A stretch of DNA of 64,000 nt from Candidatus Sulfotelmatobacter sp. (GCA_049684755.1 JBAVGI010000036.1:1571-65570), one strand, 5' to 3'; shown: positions 33,140 to 43,426, counted from the stretch's first letter. A program made the numbers and translations. Notes: generated by a model not told the origin, from the letters alone.

Positions 33140-36100
33140 ATGATCCTCACAATCATGTTCCGCAGCGTGAAATTCTTCTTTGTCTCGACGTTTGTTGTGT
33201 TGCTCTGTTCGGGTGCCTTTGGTCAAGGTGGCGCGGCCACCGGAGACCTGCAGATAACCGTGAAGGATGCGAAGGGCAACGGGGTGAGCAACGCGACTGT
33301 CACGGTGAGCGATATTGCGAAAGGCTTGGTGCGAACTGCAACCGGCAACGGACTGGGGAGCTATGTGGTTCGGCAGTTGCCTCCGGGGGTTTACAGCGCA
33401 GCCGTGGAAGCTCCAGGGTTCGCGAAGGCCCGCGCTAACGACGTGAGCATCACAGTCGGCGGCGTGGTAGAGCTTCCTATTTCGCTGGCGGTTGCTTCCG
33501 GCAAGGAAGTGGTGGAGGTCAGTTCTCAAGCGGAGTTGATAGAGACCTCGCGCACTTCGGCTACGGACACGATCGGACAGCGACGAATCGATAATCTTCC
33601 AATTAATGGCCGCAACTACATCGACTTCACGTTGACGGATTCACAGGTGGAGCGTGACAACGCCCCGAATACCGGAGCCGCGCCCACGTCTGGGTTGAAC
33701 ATGAACGGGCAGCGTGCGCGTGCCAACCTGGTGAATGTGGATGGGGCGGATGCCACTGACAACGCTACGAACGGAGTCCGCTCCACTGTTTCTCAGGAAG
33801 ATGTGCAGGAGTTTCAGATCATCACTAACAACTATGCCCCGGAATACGGTCGCGCCTCGGGTGGCGTTGTGAATATCATCACGCGTTCGGGGTCGAACGA
33901 ATTTCACGGCGACGTCTATGCTTTTGTACGTAACCGAAGCTTTCAGGCTGTGAACCCGTTCAGTACAGTGCCGAATCCTGCTTATACGCGGGTGCAACCC
34001 GGAATCGCTTTCGGAGGCCCAATCCAGAAGGACAAGACATATTTTTATTTTTCTTATGAAGCCACGCGGCGGCATGAGACGGGATTCTCCGACATCGGCG
34101 CGGAGAACAACCTCTCGTACTACCAACTGCAGAATTTCGATACATCGACGACTGCGGGAGGATTGATTCCGGTTCCTTTCGGAAACATCCAGGTGACAGG
34201 CGCCCAGGCGGCGTTCCTGGGGCCGGGTCTGGCGCAGCTCGCCGCAACCAATCCTGCGGCCTTCGGAGCGATTGCTCCAAGCGTGCCCAATTACGAATTC
34301 CTTCTCGGGGCATCCTCAGGGATGGCACTGCATGGAGTATGGCCGACCGGACTCACAGGATTCCCGGGCATCAGCGGCTTTGCCACGAGTTGCAGCACCC
34401 CACCATGTTTCGTTCCCGCTTCCTATCAGACGCTGGGCTCGCAGTCGGGAAATTTTCCGGTGTTTGAGGGGACGAGTCTCTACTCGTTGCGCATCGATCA
34501 CAACATCAGCGCGAGTAATCGCCTGATGCTGCGCGCGAACGTCAGTCCGAGCACGGTGACAGGGATCGAAGTCAGCGGCCAGGATCAACCGTTCGGACAG
34601 AACGCGTATTCGCGAACTTCCGAGCAGACCTACCGCGATGTTGCCGGAGTTGTGCAGGATACATGGACCATTGGAAATAACAAAGTGAATGAGTTCCGCT
34701 TTCAATATGCGCGTCGCGGTCTCTCGTATTTTTACAACACGGCGATCCCTGGCGGATCGGACCCAGCGGTGAACATTCCCGGTTTTGCTTATTTCGGCCG
34801 TGAGCCGTATTCCTACATTCAGCGCGTGGAGCAACGCTACCAGTTCACTGACAATTTTTCCTGGACGATCGGCCGTCACGATACCAAGTTCGGAGTGGAT
34901 TTCAATTACATTCCCACCTCCGCCACTTTCACCGTGAACTACGGCGGTGTGTATGATGTTGGCTCGATCGCGGCGTTTCCTTCGCCGTTTCCCATGCTGA
35001 ATCCGGTGCAAGCTTATGGGGCGGGATTGCCTTCTGACTTCATTCAAGGAATCGGGAACCCGCGAGATTCGTTCCCCAACAAACCTTTGGGTGTGTTCTG
35101 GCAGGATTCGTGGCGGGTTCGTCCGAACTTTACTTTGAACTCCGGCGTGCGTTACGACATTGAGTTCCCGCCACAGTTCAAATCTCCGACTGCGCTTGCG
35201 CTAGCCGGCTACAACTACCTGGGATTGCAAAAAGGAATTCAAACCGATACCAACAACATTGCACCTCGCATCGGAATCGCCTGGGATCCGAAGGGTGATG
35301 GCAAGACCGTGGTTCGAGCTTCCTATGGATTGTTCTATGACCATCCTCTGTTGGGACTTTATTTCCTGGGCGATGCGTCGGATGGATCGACGAGTGGACA
35401 ACTCGTATTCGCCGGCACTGGGCTTTGCACTGGCGCGGGAAATCCGGCGAATTTGAATGCGTTTCCCATCTTCCAGGGAATTCAGGGTCAACCGCAATGC
35501 GCGCCGTCGTTCTCTCCTGCGGCGAATGCCAACCTTGGTTACCTGCCCAATCAGCAGCAGTTCAATTCGTTTCAGCCGAATTCCATTTTCCTGAGCCAGA
35601 ATTATCTGAACCCCTCTACTTTCCTGCCACTTGCCTTTCAGCCGTTCGGTTATCCACAGGGTAAGAACTTCGTTTACGCGTATTCCCAGCAGGCCAACTT
35701 CAGCATCGAGAAGGATCTGGGAGGCGGCTATGCCTTCAACCTCGCCTACAACTTTAACGGCGGACGGCATTTGAATCGCCCGATCAATGCAAACACCATT
35801 CGGGGCGATTTGATGATTTCGAATTTTGAAACGGCACTTGCCGCCGGCCAAACCCCCGCGAGCCCATTCACGGTGAGCGGATGCGGTGTCAGTCCGACGG
35901 GAAAACCGTACGTCGATTCCTCTCTCATGAATTTCTTCCGGCCCTCTGGTTTAAACCCATCGATTGCCGGCGCCTACCTTGCCAGTGGCGGAGCCGCATG
36001 CGTGGGTTTGGCACAGACCATCCTGCAAGGGTTGGCCAGTCAGGGTTTCAACGCCAACTGCGATCCTACGACCCTCGCGAACTGCATTCCGTTTGGCGAC

Positions 36101-36847
36101 ATGGACGCCAACTATTCGAATGGCAGTTCTGTCTATCATGGGCTGACCGCCAATCTGCGCAAGCGCTTCAACCGGCACTACGAGCTGCTCGCCTCCTACA
36201 CCTGGTCGCACACCATTGACGACTCGACAGACTTGCAGGCCACTCTGACGCCGCAGGACAGTTACTATCCTGCTCTCGATCGTGCGAGTTCTCTTTTCGA
36301 TCAGCGCCACCGTTTTGTGTTCAGCGGTGTCTACCAGTCGGGTAAGCTGGGAGGAAGTGGCTTCACCAGCAAGGTGTTCAGCAATTGGACCGTAGCTCCG
36401 CTGGTTGAGTTCGACTCCGGAAGACCCTTCAACATCATTACCGGCAACGATGACAATCTGCAATTGTCTTCGCTCACGGGTCGACCGAACACGTTCGTCA
36501 ATCCAGCCTGCACGGCGCTTGGCTATCCGGCAGTTTCCTCGAAGTACTCGCCCACTGGAGTTTTTCAGGAGCCTTGCGGTGCAGATTTCAATGGGACCCT
36601 GCTTTCGCTGGATGGCAATTTCGGCCGCAATGCCGGAGTTCAGCCCTGGACCGTTTTCGATGACCTGCGCATTGCCAAACGGATTTACTTCGGCGAGCGC
36701 TTTAACACTGAATTAATTGCTGACATGTTTAATATTGCCAACCGCCATAACGTGGCCGCGGTTAGCCCATTGTTCACAAATGCGGGTCAGGCAACGGCCG
36801 CTTACGACCCTCGGCAGTTTCAGTTTGCGGCGAAGCTGTACTGGTAG
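33140..36847 (+). CDS. TonB-dependent outer-membrane receptor with an N-terminal carboxypeptidase-regulatory-like domain.
   Basis: 1235-aa ORF with a signal peptide. The N-terminal GDLQITVKDAKGNGVSNATVTV is a CarboxypepD_reg-like beta-sandwich, followed by a plug region (IDNLPINGRNY). The body is long, rich in Gly/Asn/Tyr/Phe like a beta-barrel, and ends in an aromatic residue (KLYW). Confidence 0.85.
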   Translation: MILTIMFRSVKFFFVSTFVVLLCSGAFGQGGAATGDLQITVKDAKGNGVSNATVTVSDIAKGLVRTATGNGLGSYVVRQLPPGVYSAAVEAPGFAKARANDVSITVGGVVELPISLAVASGKEVVEVSSQAELIETSRTSATDTIGQRRIDNLPINGRNYIDFTLTDSQVERDNAPNTGAAPTSGLNMNGQRARANLVNVDGADATDNATNGVRSTVSQEDVQEFQIITNNYAPEYGRASGGVVNIITRSGSNEFHGDVYAFVRNRSFQAVNPFSTVPNPAYTRVQPGIAFGGPIQKDKTYFYFSYEATRRHETGFSDIGAENNLSYYQLQNFDTSTTAGGLIPVPFGNIQVTGAQAAFLGPGLAQLAATNPAAFGAIAPSVPNYEFLLGASSGMALHGVWPTGLTGFPGISGFATSCSTPPCFVPASYQTLGSQSGNFPVFEGTSLYSLRIDHNISASNRLMLRANVSPSTVTGIEVSGQDQPFGQNAYSRTSEQTYRDVAGVVQDTWTIGNNKVNEFRFQYARRGLSYFYNTAIPGGSDPAVNIPGFAYFGREPYSYIQRVEQRYQFTDNFSWTIGRHDTKFGVDFNYIPTSATFTVNYGGVYDVGSIAAFPSPFPMLNPVQAYGAGLPSDFIQGIGNPRDSFPNKPLGVFWQDSWRVRPNFTLNSGVRYDIEFPPQFKSPTALALAGYNYLGLQKGIQTDTNNIAPRIGIAWDPKGDGKTVVRASYGLFYDHPLLGLYFLGDASDGSTSGQLVFAGTGLCTGAGNPANLNAFPIFQGIQGQPQCAPSFSPAANANLGYLPNQQQFNSFQPNSIFLSQNYLNPSTFLPLAFQPFGYPQGKNFVYAYSQQANFSIEKDLGGGYAFNLAYNFNGGRHLNRPINANTIRGDLMISNFETALAAGQTPASPFTVSGCGVSPTGKPYVDSSLMNFFRPSGLNPSIAGAYLASGGAACVGLAQTILQGLASQGFNANCDPTTLANCIPFGDMDANYSNGSSVYHGLTANLRKRFNRHYELLASYTWSHTIDDSTDLQATLTPQDSYYPALDRASSLFDQRHRFVFSGVYQSGKLGGSGFTSKVFSNWTVAPLVEFDSGRPFNIITGNDDNLQLSSLTGRPNTFVNPACTALGYPAVSSKYSPTGVFQEPCGADFNGTLLSLDGNFGRNAGVQPWTVFDDLRIAKRIYFGERFNTELIADMFNIANRHNVAAVSPLFTNAGQATAAYDPRQFQFAAKLYW

Positions 36848-36978
36848 TCGGTCCACGTTGAGCAACGATCTGAGTTCGGCGCGCGAGCGGTTCCGATTCT
36901 TACCGGGCCACAGCCCGCAGCCGAAGGCTGGTGTTACACTTTCTCCATCCTTGGCGCTTGCCCGGAGTTCGTTCTTCC

Positions 36979-37638
36979 ATGTCCCAGCCCTATGTTCCTA
37001 CGCCGCGGACCCGTCTGGTCCGTGAAGCGGATCGTGCTGTCTATGATCGTGAAGCCGCGTATCGCATCCTTGACGAAGGTTTCTTGTGCCACGTCGGCTT
37101 CGTGGTGGACGGCCAGCCTTTTGTGATCCCGACGTCTTACGGACGTAAGGACGACAGCCTTTATATACATGGCTCGGCCGCCAGCCGTATGTTGCGGCAG
37201 TTGAAAGAGAGCGTGCCGGTCTGTGTGACAGTCACTCTGCTCGACGGACTTGTGCTTGCGCGGTCCATTTTTAATCACTCGATGAATTACAGGTCAGTGG
37301 TGGTCCTGGGCGAAGCTACACTAGTAGATGATCCGAAAGAGAAGGTCGATGCTCTGCGTCTCCTTTCGGAACACATCATTCCGGGCCGCTGGGCCGACTC
37401 GCGCCAGCCCAATGAGCGGGAGCTCAAGGCCACCTCTGTGCTGCGGCTGCCAATTGAGGAGTTCTCGGCCAAGGTGCGTAGTGGACCGGTTGTGGATGAC
37501 GAAGCGGACTATTCCTTTCCGACGTGGGCAGGAGTTGTTCCGCTAAAGATGGTCCAAGGCGAGCCGATCAACGATTCACGGCTGGACCCAACTATACAGG
37601 CACCCTCTTATGCGAAGCATTATTCGCGCTCGAAATAG
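36979..37638 (+). CDS. Pyridoxamine 5'-phosphate oxidase-family flavin-binding protein.
   Basis: A split-barrel pattern (FLCHVGFVVDGQPFVIPTSYGRKDDSLYIHGS) typical of the PNPOx-like family. I prefer the ATG at 36979. Confidence 0.7.
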   Translation: MSQPYVPTPRTRLVREADRAVYDREAAYRILDEGFLCHVGFVVDGQPFVIPTSYGRKDDSLYIHGSAASRMLRQLKESVPVCVTVTLLDGLVLARSIFNHSMNYRSVVVLGEATLVDDPKEKVDALRLLSEHIIPGRWADSRQPNERELKATSVLRLPIEEFSAKVRSGPVVDDEADYSFPTWAGVVPLKMVQGEPINDSRLDPTIQAPSYAKHYSRSK

Positions 37639-37659
37639 GCCTTGCTATTGCCTTAAGAA

Positions 37660-37681
37660 AGTAAAGAGTGATATCTTTACT
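37660..37681. promoter_or_regulatory. Inverted repeat AGTAAAG-N8-CTTTACT upstream of the antitoxin gene.
   Basis: Read directly, 20-41 nt upstream of the ATG at 37701. This is the usual position for a type II TA autoregulatory operator. Confidence 0.45.
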
Positions 37682-37700
37682 GTAAAAACCATAGGTAAGG

Positions 37701-37952
37701 ATGAAGAACTCCAGCACAATAAGCAGTAAAGGTCAGATTACCGTCCCGCAAGAGATTAGGAAGCGCCTAGGGTTAGAGACCGGCGACCGCGTCGAATTTG
37801 TGGTGGAAGAAGATCGAACTGTGATTCGCCCAGTCCGCTCAGAGGTGAACCCTTTCGAAAAATTTATCGGTATTGCGGACCCATTCCCCGGCGGTGAGGA
37901 GGGGATAAAAGCCTGGATCGACGACATGCGAAGCGATAAAGACTACGAATGA
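37701..37952 (+). CDS. AbrB/MazE/SpoVT-family antitoxin (VapB-like).
   Basis: 83-aa ORF with the swapped-hairpin motif SSKGQITVPQEIRKRLGLETGDRVEF. Its stop overlaps the PIN gene start by 4 nt. Confidence 0.85.
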   Translation: MKNSSTISSKGQITVPQEIRKRLGLETGDRVEFVVEEDRTVIRPVRSEVNPFEKFIGIADPFPGGEEGIKAWIDDMRSDKDYE

Positions 37953-38362
37953 GGACGGCCCTCGACACGAACATTCTATCGCCGATTTGGTCGGGAGCAC
38001 CCAACGCCGCCGCGATAGTTACTCGCTTGTCAAAAGTTCGGGCAGAGGGAGCGCTAGTGGTATGCGCACCGGTCTTCGTCGAGCTGTCGGCAGTTCCCGG
38101 GCTCAACGTCCAGCTCGTTCGGAAGGCGCTTCGGGAAATGAGTGTCGCTGTTGATTTCGACGTTGATGAGGCTGTCTGGCACTTAGCGGCATCAAGCTTC
38201 TCCGCCTATGCCATTCGCCGCCGACGTTCCGGCGGAGGTTCGCCAAAACGTTTGCTGGCGGACTTCGCCATCGCGGCGCATGCGCTGCTGAAAGCTGACA
38301 GGCTTATGACTCTGGATGCCAAGCGCTACAGTCAGGACTTCCCCCAACTGCGCATCGTGTGA
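37949..38362 (+). CDS. vapC: PIN-domain ribonuclease toxin VapC.
   Basis: 137-aa ORF with acidic residues in the canonical contexts LDTNIL, FVELS, LLADFAIAAHA and MTLD. Confidence 0.85.
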   Translation: MRTALDTNILSPIWSGAPNAAAIVTRLSKVRAEGALVVCAPVFVELSAVPGLNVQLVRKALREMSVAVDFDVDEAVWHLAASSFSAYAIRRRRSGGGSPKRLLADFAIAAHALLKADRLMTLDAKRYSQDFPQLRIV

Positions 38363-38365
38363 CTT

Positions 38366-39334
38366 TCAAGGGATCAGTAACAGCTTGCCCGCGATCTTTC
38401 TGGCTTCCATGTCCCGGTGTGCCTGGAGTGCGTCCGCCAGAGGATAGGTCTTCGCAATTCGCAGTTTGAGTTTGCCCTCCGCGATCATGCCGAACAGAGC
38501 GCTGGTGCGGGCTAGCAGTTCCTCGCGGGTAGCGGTGAAGTGTGCCAGCGTGGTACGCGCCATGTAGAGTGAGCCTTTCTCAGACAGTTTGGCGGGGTCC
38601 ACCGGCAGCACCGGTCCGCTCGACATGCCGTAGAGCACGAGCATTCCGCGCAGACGCATGACATTAAGGTTCTTGTCGAAGGTCGCCTTGCCCACTCCGT
38701 CGTAGACTACTTCGACGCCCTTGCCGTTTGTCAGGCGCTTTACTTCGGTTTCAAAATCCTGCCTAGTGAAAACGATTACGGCGTCGGCCCCGGCCTCGCG
38801 CGCCAACTGGGCCTTCTCCTCACTTGAAACCGTGCCGATCACCCGCGCACCAATCGCGCGCGCCATCTGCACCAGCAAAAGCCCAACTCCACCCGCGGCT
38901 GCGTGTACGAGCGCCGTCTCGCCAGCCGTTAGTTTGTGCGCGTCATTCACTAGATAGTGAGCGGTTAGGCCATGGATCATTGATGCTGCGGCCTGCTCGT
39001 CGCTGATGGCGGATGGCACGGGCACGAGATGCTCTTCAGGCGACACCACGAACTCGGCATAGGAGCCCAACACTCCGCTCCATGCGACGCGGTCGCCCAC
39101 CTTGACCGTTTTAGCCTGCGAACCGACTGCGGCGACCACGCCTGTGCCCTCTTGTCCGGGGATGAAGGGCAAAGGAGTGCGGAACCTGCCGTCGCGGAAA
39201 TAGCCATCGATGGAGTTCACGCCTGCAACCGAGACCTTCACCACTGCTTCGGCCGGTTTAGGCTGCGGAGCCGGAACATCCATCAGCTCCATTACCTCTG
39301 GACCGCCGGTTCGCTGCACGCGGATTGCTTTCAT
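38366..39334 (-). CDS. qor: NADPH:quinone oxidoreductase (zeta-crystallin-like MDR), paralog 1.
   Basis: GGPEVMEL, PFIPGQEGTGVV and the AAAGGVG nucleotide motif. I prefer the ATG at 39334, which follows AAGGAA. Confidence 0.8.
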   Translation of the reverse strand: MKAIRVQRTGGPEVMELMDVPAPQPKPAEAVVKVSVAGVNSIDGYFRDGRFRTPLPFIPGQEGTGVVAAVGSQAKTVKVGDRVAWSGVLGSYAEFVVSPEEHLVPVPSAISDEQAAASMIHGLTAHYLVNDAHKLTAGETALVHAAAGGVGLLLVQMARAIGARVIGTVSSEEKAQLAREAGADAVIVFTRQDFETEVKRLTNGKGVEVVYDGVGKATFDKNLNVMRLRGMLVLYGMSSGPVLPVDPAKLSEKGSLYMARTTLAHFTATREELLARTSALFGMIAEGKLKLRIAKTYPLADALQAHRDMEARKIAGKLLLIP

Positions 39335-39395
39335 TTTTTCCTTAAGTAGTGCCGCGTCGGGGCGGCTTCTTCTCGCGCTAAGCCGATACGCCCTC

Positions 39396-39424
39396 GGGAC
39401 AGCCGGCAAGATGCCGGCGCTACG
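39396..39424 (+). repeat. REP-like hairpin (GCCGGC-aagat-GCCGGC followed by GCTACG) between the two qor paralogs.
   Basis: gggacagccggcaagatgccggcgctacg read directly. This resembles an intergenic repeat type I recall from Acidobacteria genomes. Confidence 0.55.
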
Positions 39425-39455
39425 CTGAAACTCGATTGAGAAAATCGGCCGGAAT

Positions 39456-40424
39456 TTACGGAATCAGCAGCAGTTTCCCCGTCGTCTTACGGCCTTCCAG
39501 ATCCCGGTGAGCGCGCTGTGCTTCAGCTAACGGGTAAGTATATTCGATACGCAGCTTGAGCTTTCCGGTGGCGATCATGCTGAAGACGGCTCCTGACCGC
39601 GCCACCAACTCGTCTCGGGTGGCAATGTAATTGACAAGAGTAGGCCGGGTTACGTAGAGCGATCCTTTCTGCGACAGCGCGATGAGATCGAATAGCGGGA
39701 CGGGTCCGCTTGAACCTCCGAACAGCACCATCATGCCGCGCGGTCGCAACACGTTCAGTCCCTTCTCGAAGGTAGTCTTTCCTACTGAATCATAGACAAC
39801 GTCCACTCCTTTGCCGCCCGTCAACCGCTTGGTCTCTGCTTCGAAGTCGGACTGAGTGTACAGGATGACTTCATGTGCGCCTGCAGCACGCGCCAGTTTA
39901 GCCTTCTCCTCGGTCGAAACCGTGGCGATCACGCGCGCGCCGATATTGTGCGCCATCTGCACCAGGAGAAGACCGACGCCTCCAGCCGCCGCATGAATCA
40001 GCGCGGTTTCACCTTGCTTCAACGGATACGTGTCATGCGACAAATAGTGGGCGGTCATTCCCTGCAGCATGGCGGCAGCGGCTTGCTGGTCACTCACGGC
40101 GTGCGGAACCGGCACCAGGCGGTCCGCGGCTACGGCGGCATATTCGGCGTAGGCGCCCTGGACGCCACACCAAGCCACACGATCTCCCACTTTGAGCGAC
40201 TTCACTTCCGCGCCCACTTCCGTTACTACGCCGGCGCCCTCCTGTCCGGGGACGAAGGGAAGCGCAGTCTTGTAACGTCCCTCGCGGAAGTAGACATCGA
40301 TAAAATTCACACCTGAGGCGGCCAGCTTTACTACGGCCTCGCTTGCCTTCGGCTGCGGAACGGGAAGCTCAACCAGTTCCATCACCTCCGGCCCACCAAC
40401 TTGCTTGATTTGGATAGCTTTCAT
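39456..40424 (-). CDS. qor: NADPH:quinone oxidoreductase, paralog 2.
   Basis: 322-aa ORF, collinear with paralog 1 over its full length and about two-thirds identical by eye. It has the same AAAGGVGLLLVQMA motif. Confidence 0.8.
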   Translation of the reverse strand: MKAIQIKQVGGPEVMELVELPVPQPKASEAVVKLAASGVNFIDVYFREGRYKTALPFVPGQEGAGVVTEVGAEVKSLKVGDRVAWCGVQGAYAEYAAVAADRLVPVPHAVSDQQAAAAMLQGMTAHYLSHDTYPLKQGETALIHAAAGGVGLLLVQMAHNIGARVIATVSTEEKAKLARAAGAHEVILYTQSDFEAETKRLTGGKGVDVVYDSVGKTTFEKGLNVLRPRGMMVLFGGSSGPVPLFDLIALSQKGSLYVTRPTLVNYIATRDELVARSGAVFSMIATGKLKLRIEYTYPLAEAQRAHRDLEGRKTTGKLLLIP

Positions 40425-40594
40425 GTTTGCCCTTGAGTTCGTTTTCGATGCACAAAGGATAACATTTCATGACTGGTGGGTTCTTAGTTCCGGGGATCGG
40501 GAGGACAGGATTTGCCTGCAAGATCGGTAGCTAGCATAGTAACTCTGAGAACTCTTTCTGCTACACTTGCGCGTTCTCGTAAGGAGTCTTCCTC

Positions 40595-41032
40595 ATGGCT
40601 GAAAAGAAGCCGCAGAACCTGGCGAACCATGCCAGATTCGATCCGCTTTTTCACTTTGTAGTGGGACCGGTCTTCATCCTTGCCGCCATCGGTGGGGCCA
40701 TTCACTTTCTGTGGCACCCCAGCTTCCACTCGGCGTCATTTTTCGTGATCTCGGTAGCGGCGGTCATCGCGATCCTGAAGATTCGCCTTTACGCACTCAA
40801 AGTACAAGACCGCGTCATTCGTCTCGAAGAACGGTTGCGCCTGACGACCTTGTGCTCTGAGCCCTTGCGCTCGCGTATCCCTGAGTTGACGGAAGAGCAA
40901 CTGATTGCCTTGCGTTTCGCCTCGGATGCGGAGGTCGCTCAGTTAGCGGAGCGGGCGCTCTCCGAAAAGCTGTCCCGGAAGGACATAAAGAAGGCGATTC
41001 AGAATTGGCGACCGGATTACTGGCGAGTCTGA
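40595..41032 (+). CDS. Two-TM membrane protein with a helical C-terminal domain; unknown function.
   Basis: 145-aa ORF with AAGGAG 8 nt upstream of the start and two hydrophobic segments near the N-terminus. Confidence 0.6.
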   Translation: MAEKKPQNLANHARFDPLFHFVVGPVFILAAIGGAIHFLWHPSFHSASFFVISVAAVIAILKIRLYALKVQDRVIRLEERLRLTTLCSEPLRSRIPELTEEQLIALRFASDAEVAQLAERALSEKLSRKDIKKAIQNWRPDYWRV

Positions 41033-41269
41033 AGCTGCCGCTGGCCGGTGAGAGCGGCCAAGGAATTTTCGCCCGAAAACCACTTTTTAAACCTTTAGCC
41101 GGCTTCCTTCGTCTGAATATGGGTGAACGGGGTAACCATGGGCGATGGTGTCGAAAGTAACCGACGCGGTTCCTTTTCGGCGTTGACCCAAACACGACTG
41201 CAAGGTACGATTTTTGATAGAATCCACGGGTCATCGACGGCAAGGACAATCCGTATCTTCTAGAGAACT

Positions 41270-43264
41270 ATGAGAGTTGCAAAACTCCAAATGCGGATCG
41301 CAGTGCTGGCGGTAGCGGCCCTGGCGGGATCGTCCTGTCAGACGGCCCAGAAGCCGGTTTCCGTGGCGCCGCCGGGCACGCCGCCTCCGCCCGTCAGCGC
41401 CAAAGCGCCCGCTGCAGTTGCTCCTCAAGCCGGAGCAGAGGCTTCGCAGGCAAAGCAGGACGTGACGCAGGATCCTTCCGCAATCAGCGCGGCCAACTCC
41501 GAAGCTTCGCCCACAAAGCCGGTCTCTGATCCGGTGGGGGATCTGGTTGCCAGCGTGGAAAACGAATATCAGACTGGACTCGCGAAGTATCAGGCGGGTC
41601 AGGCGGAAGCAGCCAAAGAAGGTTTTGACAATGCTTTCAATGCTTTGCTCGAGAGCAAACTGGATATACGTTCCGATGACCGGCTGCAAGAGGAATTTGA
41701 CCGGATTTCGAAAGGCGTGAATCAGCTGAATCTGAGTGATTCGGCCGCCGACTCCGAGGCGGAAAAATCGGAACCGGCTCCCATCGACGAAACCAACGGC
41801 ATCACGCCTTCCGCCGATGCCAGCATACGAGCAAAGGCTCAGGCTGAGGTCAAATCTACTCACTCCGACTTGCCGCTCATGATGACGGACCAGGTCGCCG
41901 GCTATATTAGCTATTTTTCCAATCGTGGACGCGGAACATTCGAGCGCGCCTTTGCCCGCTCCGGCCGCTACCACGACATGATGGTACGAATTCTTAAGCA
42001 AGAGGGCGTTCCGCAAGACTTGATTTACCTGGCGCAGGCCGAATCCGGATTCCAGCCTACGGCTGTTTCCCGCGCCGGCGCCCGAGGCATTTGGCAATTC
42101 ATGGGCAGTCGCGCTCGCGGTTATGGCCTGCAGCGCAGCATGTGGGTGGATGATCGTCAGGATCCCGAGAAGTCGACCCGCGCCGCCGCCCGTCACCTGA
42201 GGGATCTTTACGCCCAGTTTGGCGACTGGTATCTGGCCATGGCCGCTTACAACTCCGGCCCAGGTACGGTGCAGGCGGCCGTGAAGCGTACCGGATATGC
42301 CGACTTCTGGGAGCTTTACCGGCGCAATGTTCTTCCCAAGGAAACGCGGAATTACGTTCCCATCATCCTGGCCGTAACCATCATGACCAAGAACCTTTCG
42401 CATTATGGTTTTGATGATGTGTCGATGGATGAGCCCGCGGCTTTTGATTCCGTGACCATCAATTATCCCGTGGATTTGCGGCTCGTCGCTGACTGCGTGG
42501 ATGCGTCTGTGGAGCAGTTGCAGCAATTGAATCCCAGCCTGCTGCGGCTGAGTACCCCCCGGGACGGGACTTTTGAGCTTCGCTTGCCGGCAGGGACGAA
42601 ACCTCAGTATCAGACAACCATTGCCTCGATTCCGACCGGCATGCGCGTGTGGTGGCGTTATCCTACGGTGCATCCCGGAGACACTTTGGCATCGCTGGCG
42701 CGAACCTACCGCACTACGCCCAAGTCAATCAAAGAAGCAAACCAGCTCGACGGCCCAGAGCTTCGGACCGAGGCCAAGCTGATTATTCCTGTCACGCCCG
42801 GCAAGCACGTCAGCGACACGGCGACGTATGCCCGCCGCATCACGCGCTACAGGGTCCGCAGGGGCGATACAGTGCAAACGGTTGCGGAGAATTTTGGCGT
42901 CTCCGCACAGATGCTTCGGCGCTGGAACGGCTTGCGCGGTGACAGTTTGCATGGACGAACTGTGCTCGCGTTGCACCTGCCGGTTACTCCCAGTGGCGAA
43001 CTAGCCTCGGCCATTCCGAGCAGGCGTTCCTCTAAGGCAGTACACACGGCTTCCGCCAAAACTGGTTCGGCTAAATCCGCGACAGCTTCGGAGGAAGGCT
43101 CCACAGAACAGGCCAGCGTGCTGCGCCACAAAGTAAAGTCCGGCGAAACCCTGTACTCAATCGCTACCGCGTACAAAACTACGGTGGCTGCTCTTAAGCG
43201 CAACAACCAGAATGTCGCCACGCTGAGGCCGGGTATGATTCTGGTCGTCGAACCTGCCCGCTAG
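41270..43264 (+). CDS. MltD-like membrane-bound lytic transglycosylase with three C-terminal LysM domains.
   Basis: Lipoprotein-like N-terminus (LAGSSC). SLT catalytic region AQAESGFQPTAVSRAGARGIWQFM ... AAYNSGPG. LysM repeats at HPGDTLASLA, RRGDTVQTVA and KSGETLYSIA. Confidence 0.85.
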   Translation: MRVAKLQMRIAVLAVAALAGSSCQTAQKPVSVAPPGTPPPPVSAKAPAAVAPQAGAEASQAKQDVTQDPSAISAANSEASPTKPVSDPVGDLVASVENEYQTGLAKYQAGQAEAAKEGFDNAFNALLESKLDIRSDDRLQEEFDRISKGVNQLNLSDSAADSEAEKSEPAPIDETNGITPSADASIRAKAQAEVKSTHSDLPLMMTDQVAGYISYFSNRGRGTFERAFARSGRYHDMMVRILKQEGVPQDLIYLAQAESGFQPTAVSRAGARGIWQFMGSRARGYGLQRSMWVDDRQDPEKSTRAAARHLRDLYAQFGDWYLAMAAYNSGPGTVQAAVKRTGYADFWELYRRNVLPKETRNYVPIILAVTIMTKNLSHYGFDDVSMDEPAAFDSVTINYPVDLRLVADCVDASVEQLQQLNPSLLRLSTPRDGTFELRLPAGTKPQYQTTIASIPTGMRVWWRYPTVHPGDTLASLARTYRTTPKSIKEANQLDGPELRTEAKLIIPVTPGKHVSDTATYARRITRYRVRRGDTVQTVAENFGVSAQMLRRWNGLRGDSLHGRTVLALHLPVTPSGELASAIPSRRSSKAVHTASAKTGSAKSATASEEGSTEQASVLRHKVKSGETLYSIATAYKTTVAALKRNNQNVATLRPGMILVVEPAR

Positions 43265-43417
43265 CATTCCCCGAACGGCTTTTTCCACCTGGCATTCGCG
43301 TCTGACGGCCTTTTTCCCCGAAGGACCCCAATTATTCTTTCTTTTCCTGGCTCACTGTGATAACAGATAAACCAGCCATGTTGTGATTATGGTCCTTGCA
43401 GACTGCAGCAAGCGTCG

Positions 43418-43426
43418 TGCTATAAT
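43418..43426 (+). promoter_or_regulatory. Extended -10 promoter element TGcTATAAT.
   Basis: Read directly, about 108 nt upstream of the ATG at 43534. There is no well-spaced -35 element. Confidence 0.35.

Noticed and set aside
41231-42673. 480-aa ORF on the minus strand.
   Set aside because: It is entirely antisense to the well-supported MltD-like gene. Its translation is Arg/Gly/His-rich with no domain pattern, which is the typical shadow ORF of a GC-rich coding region.
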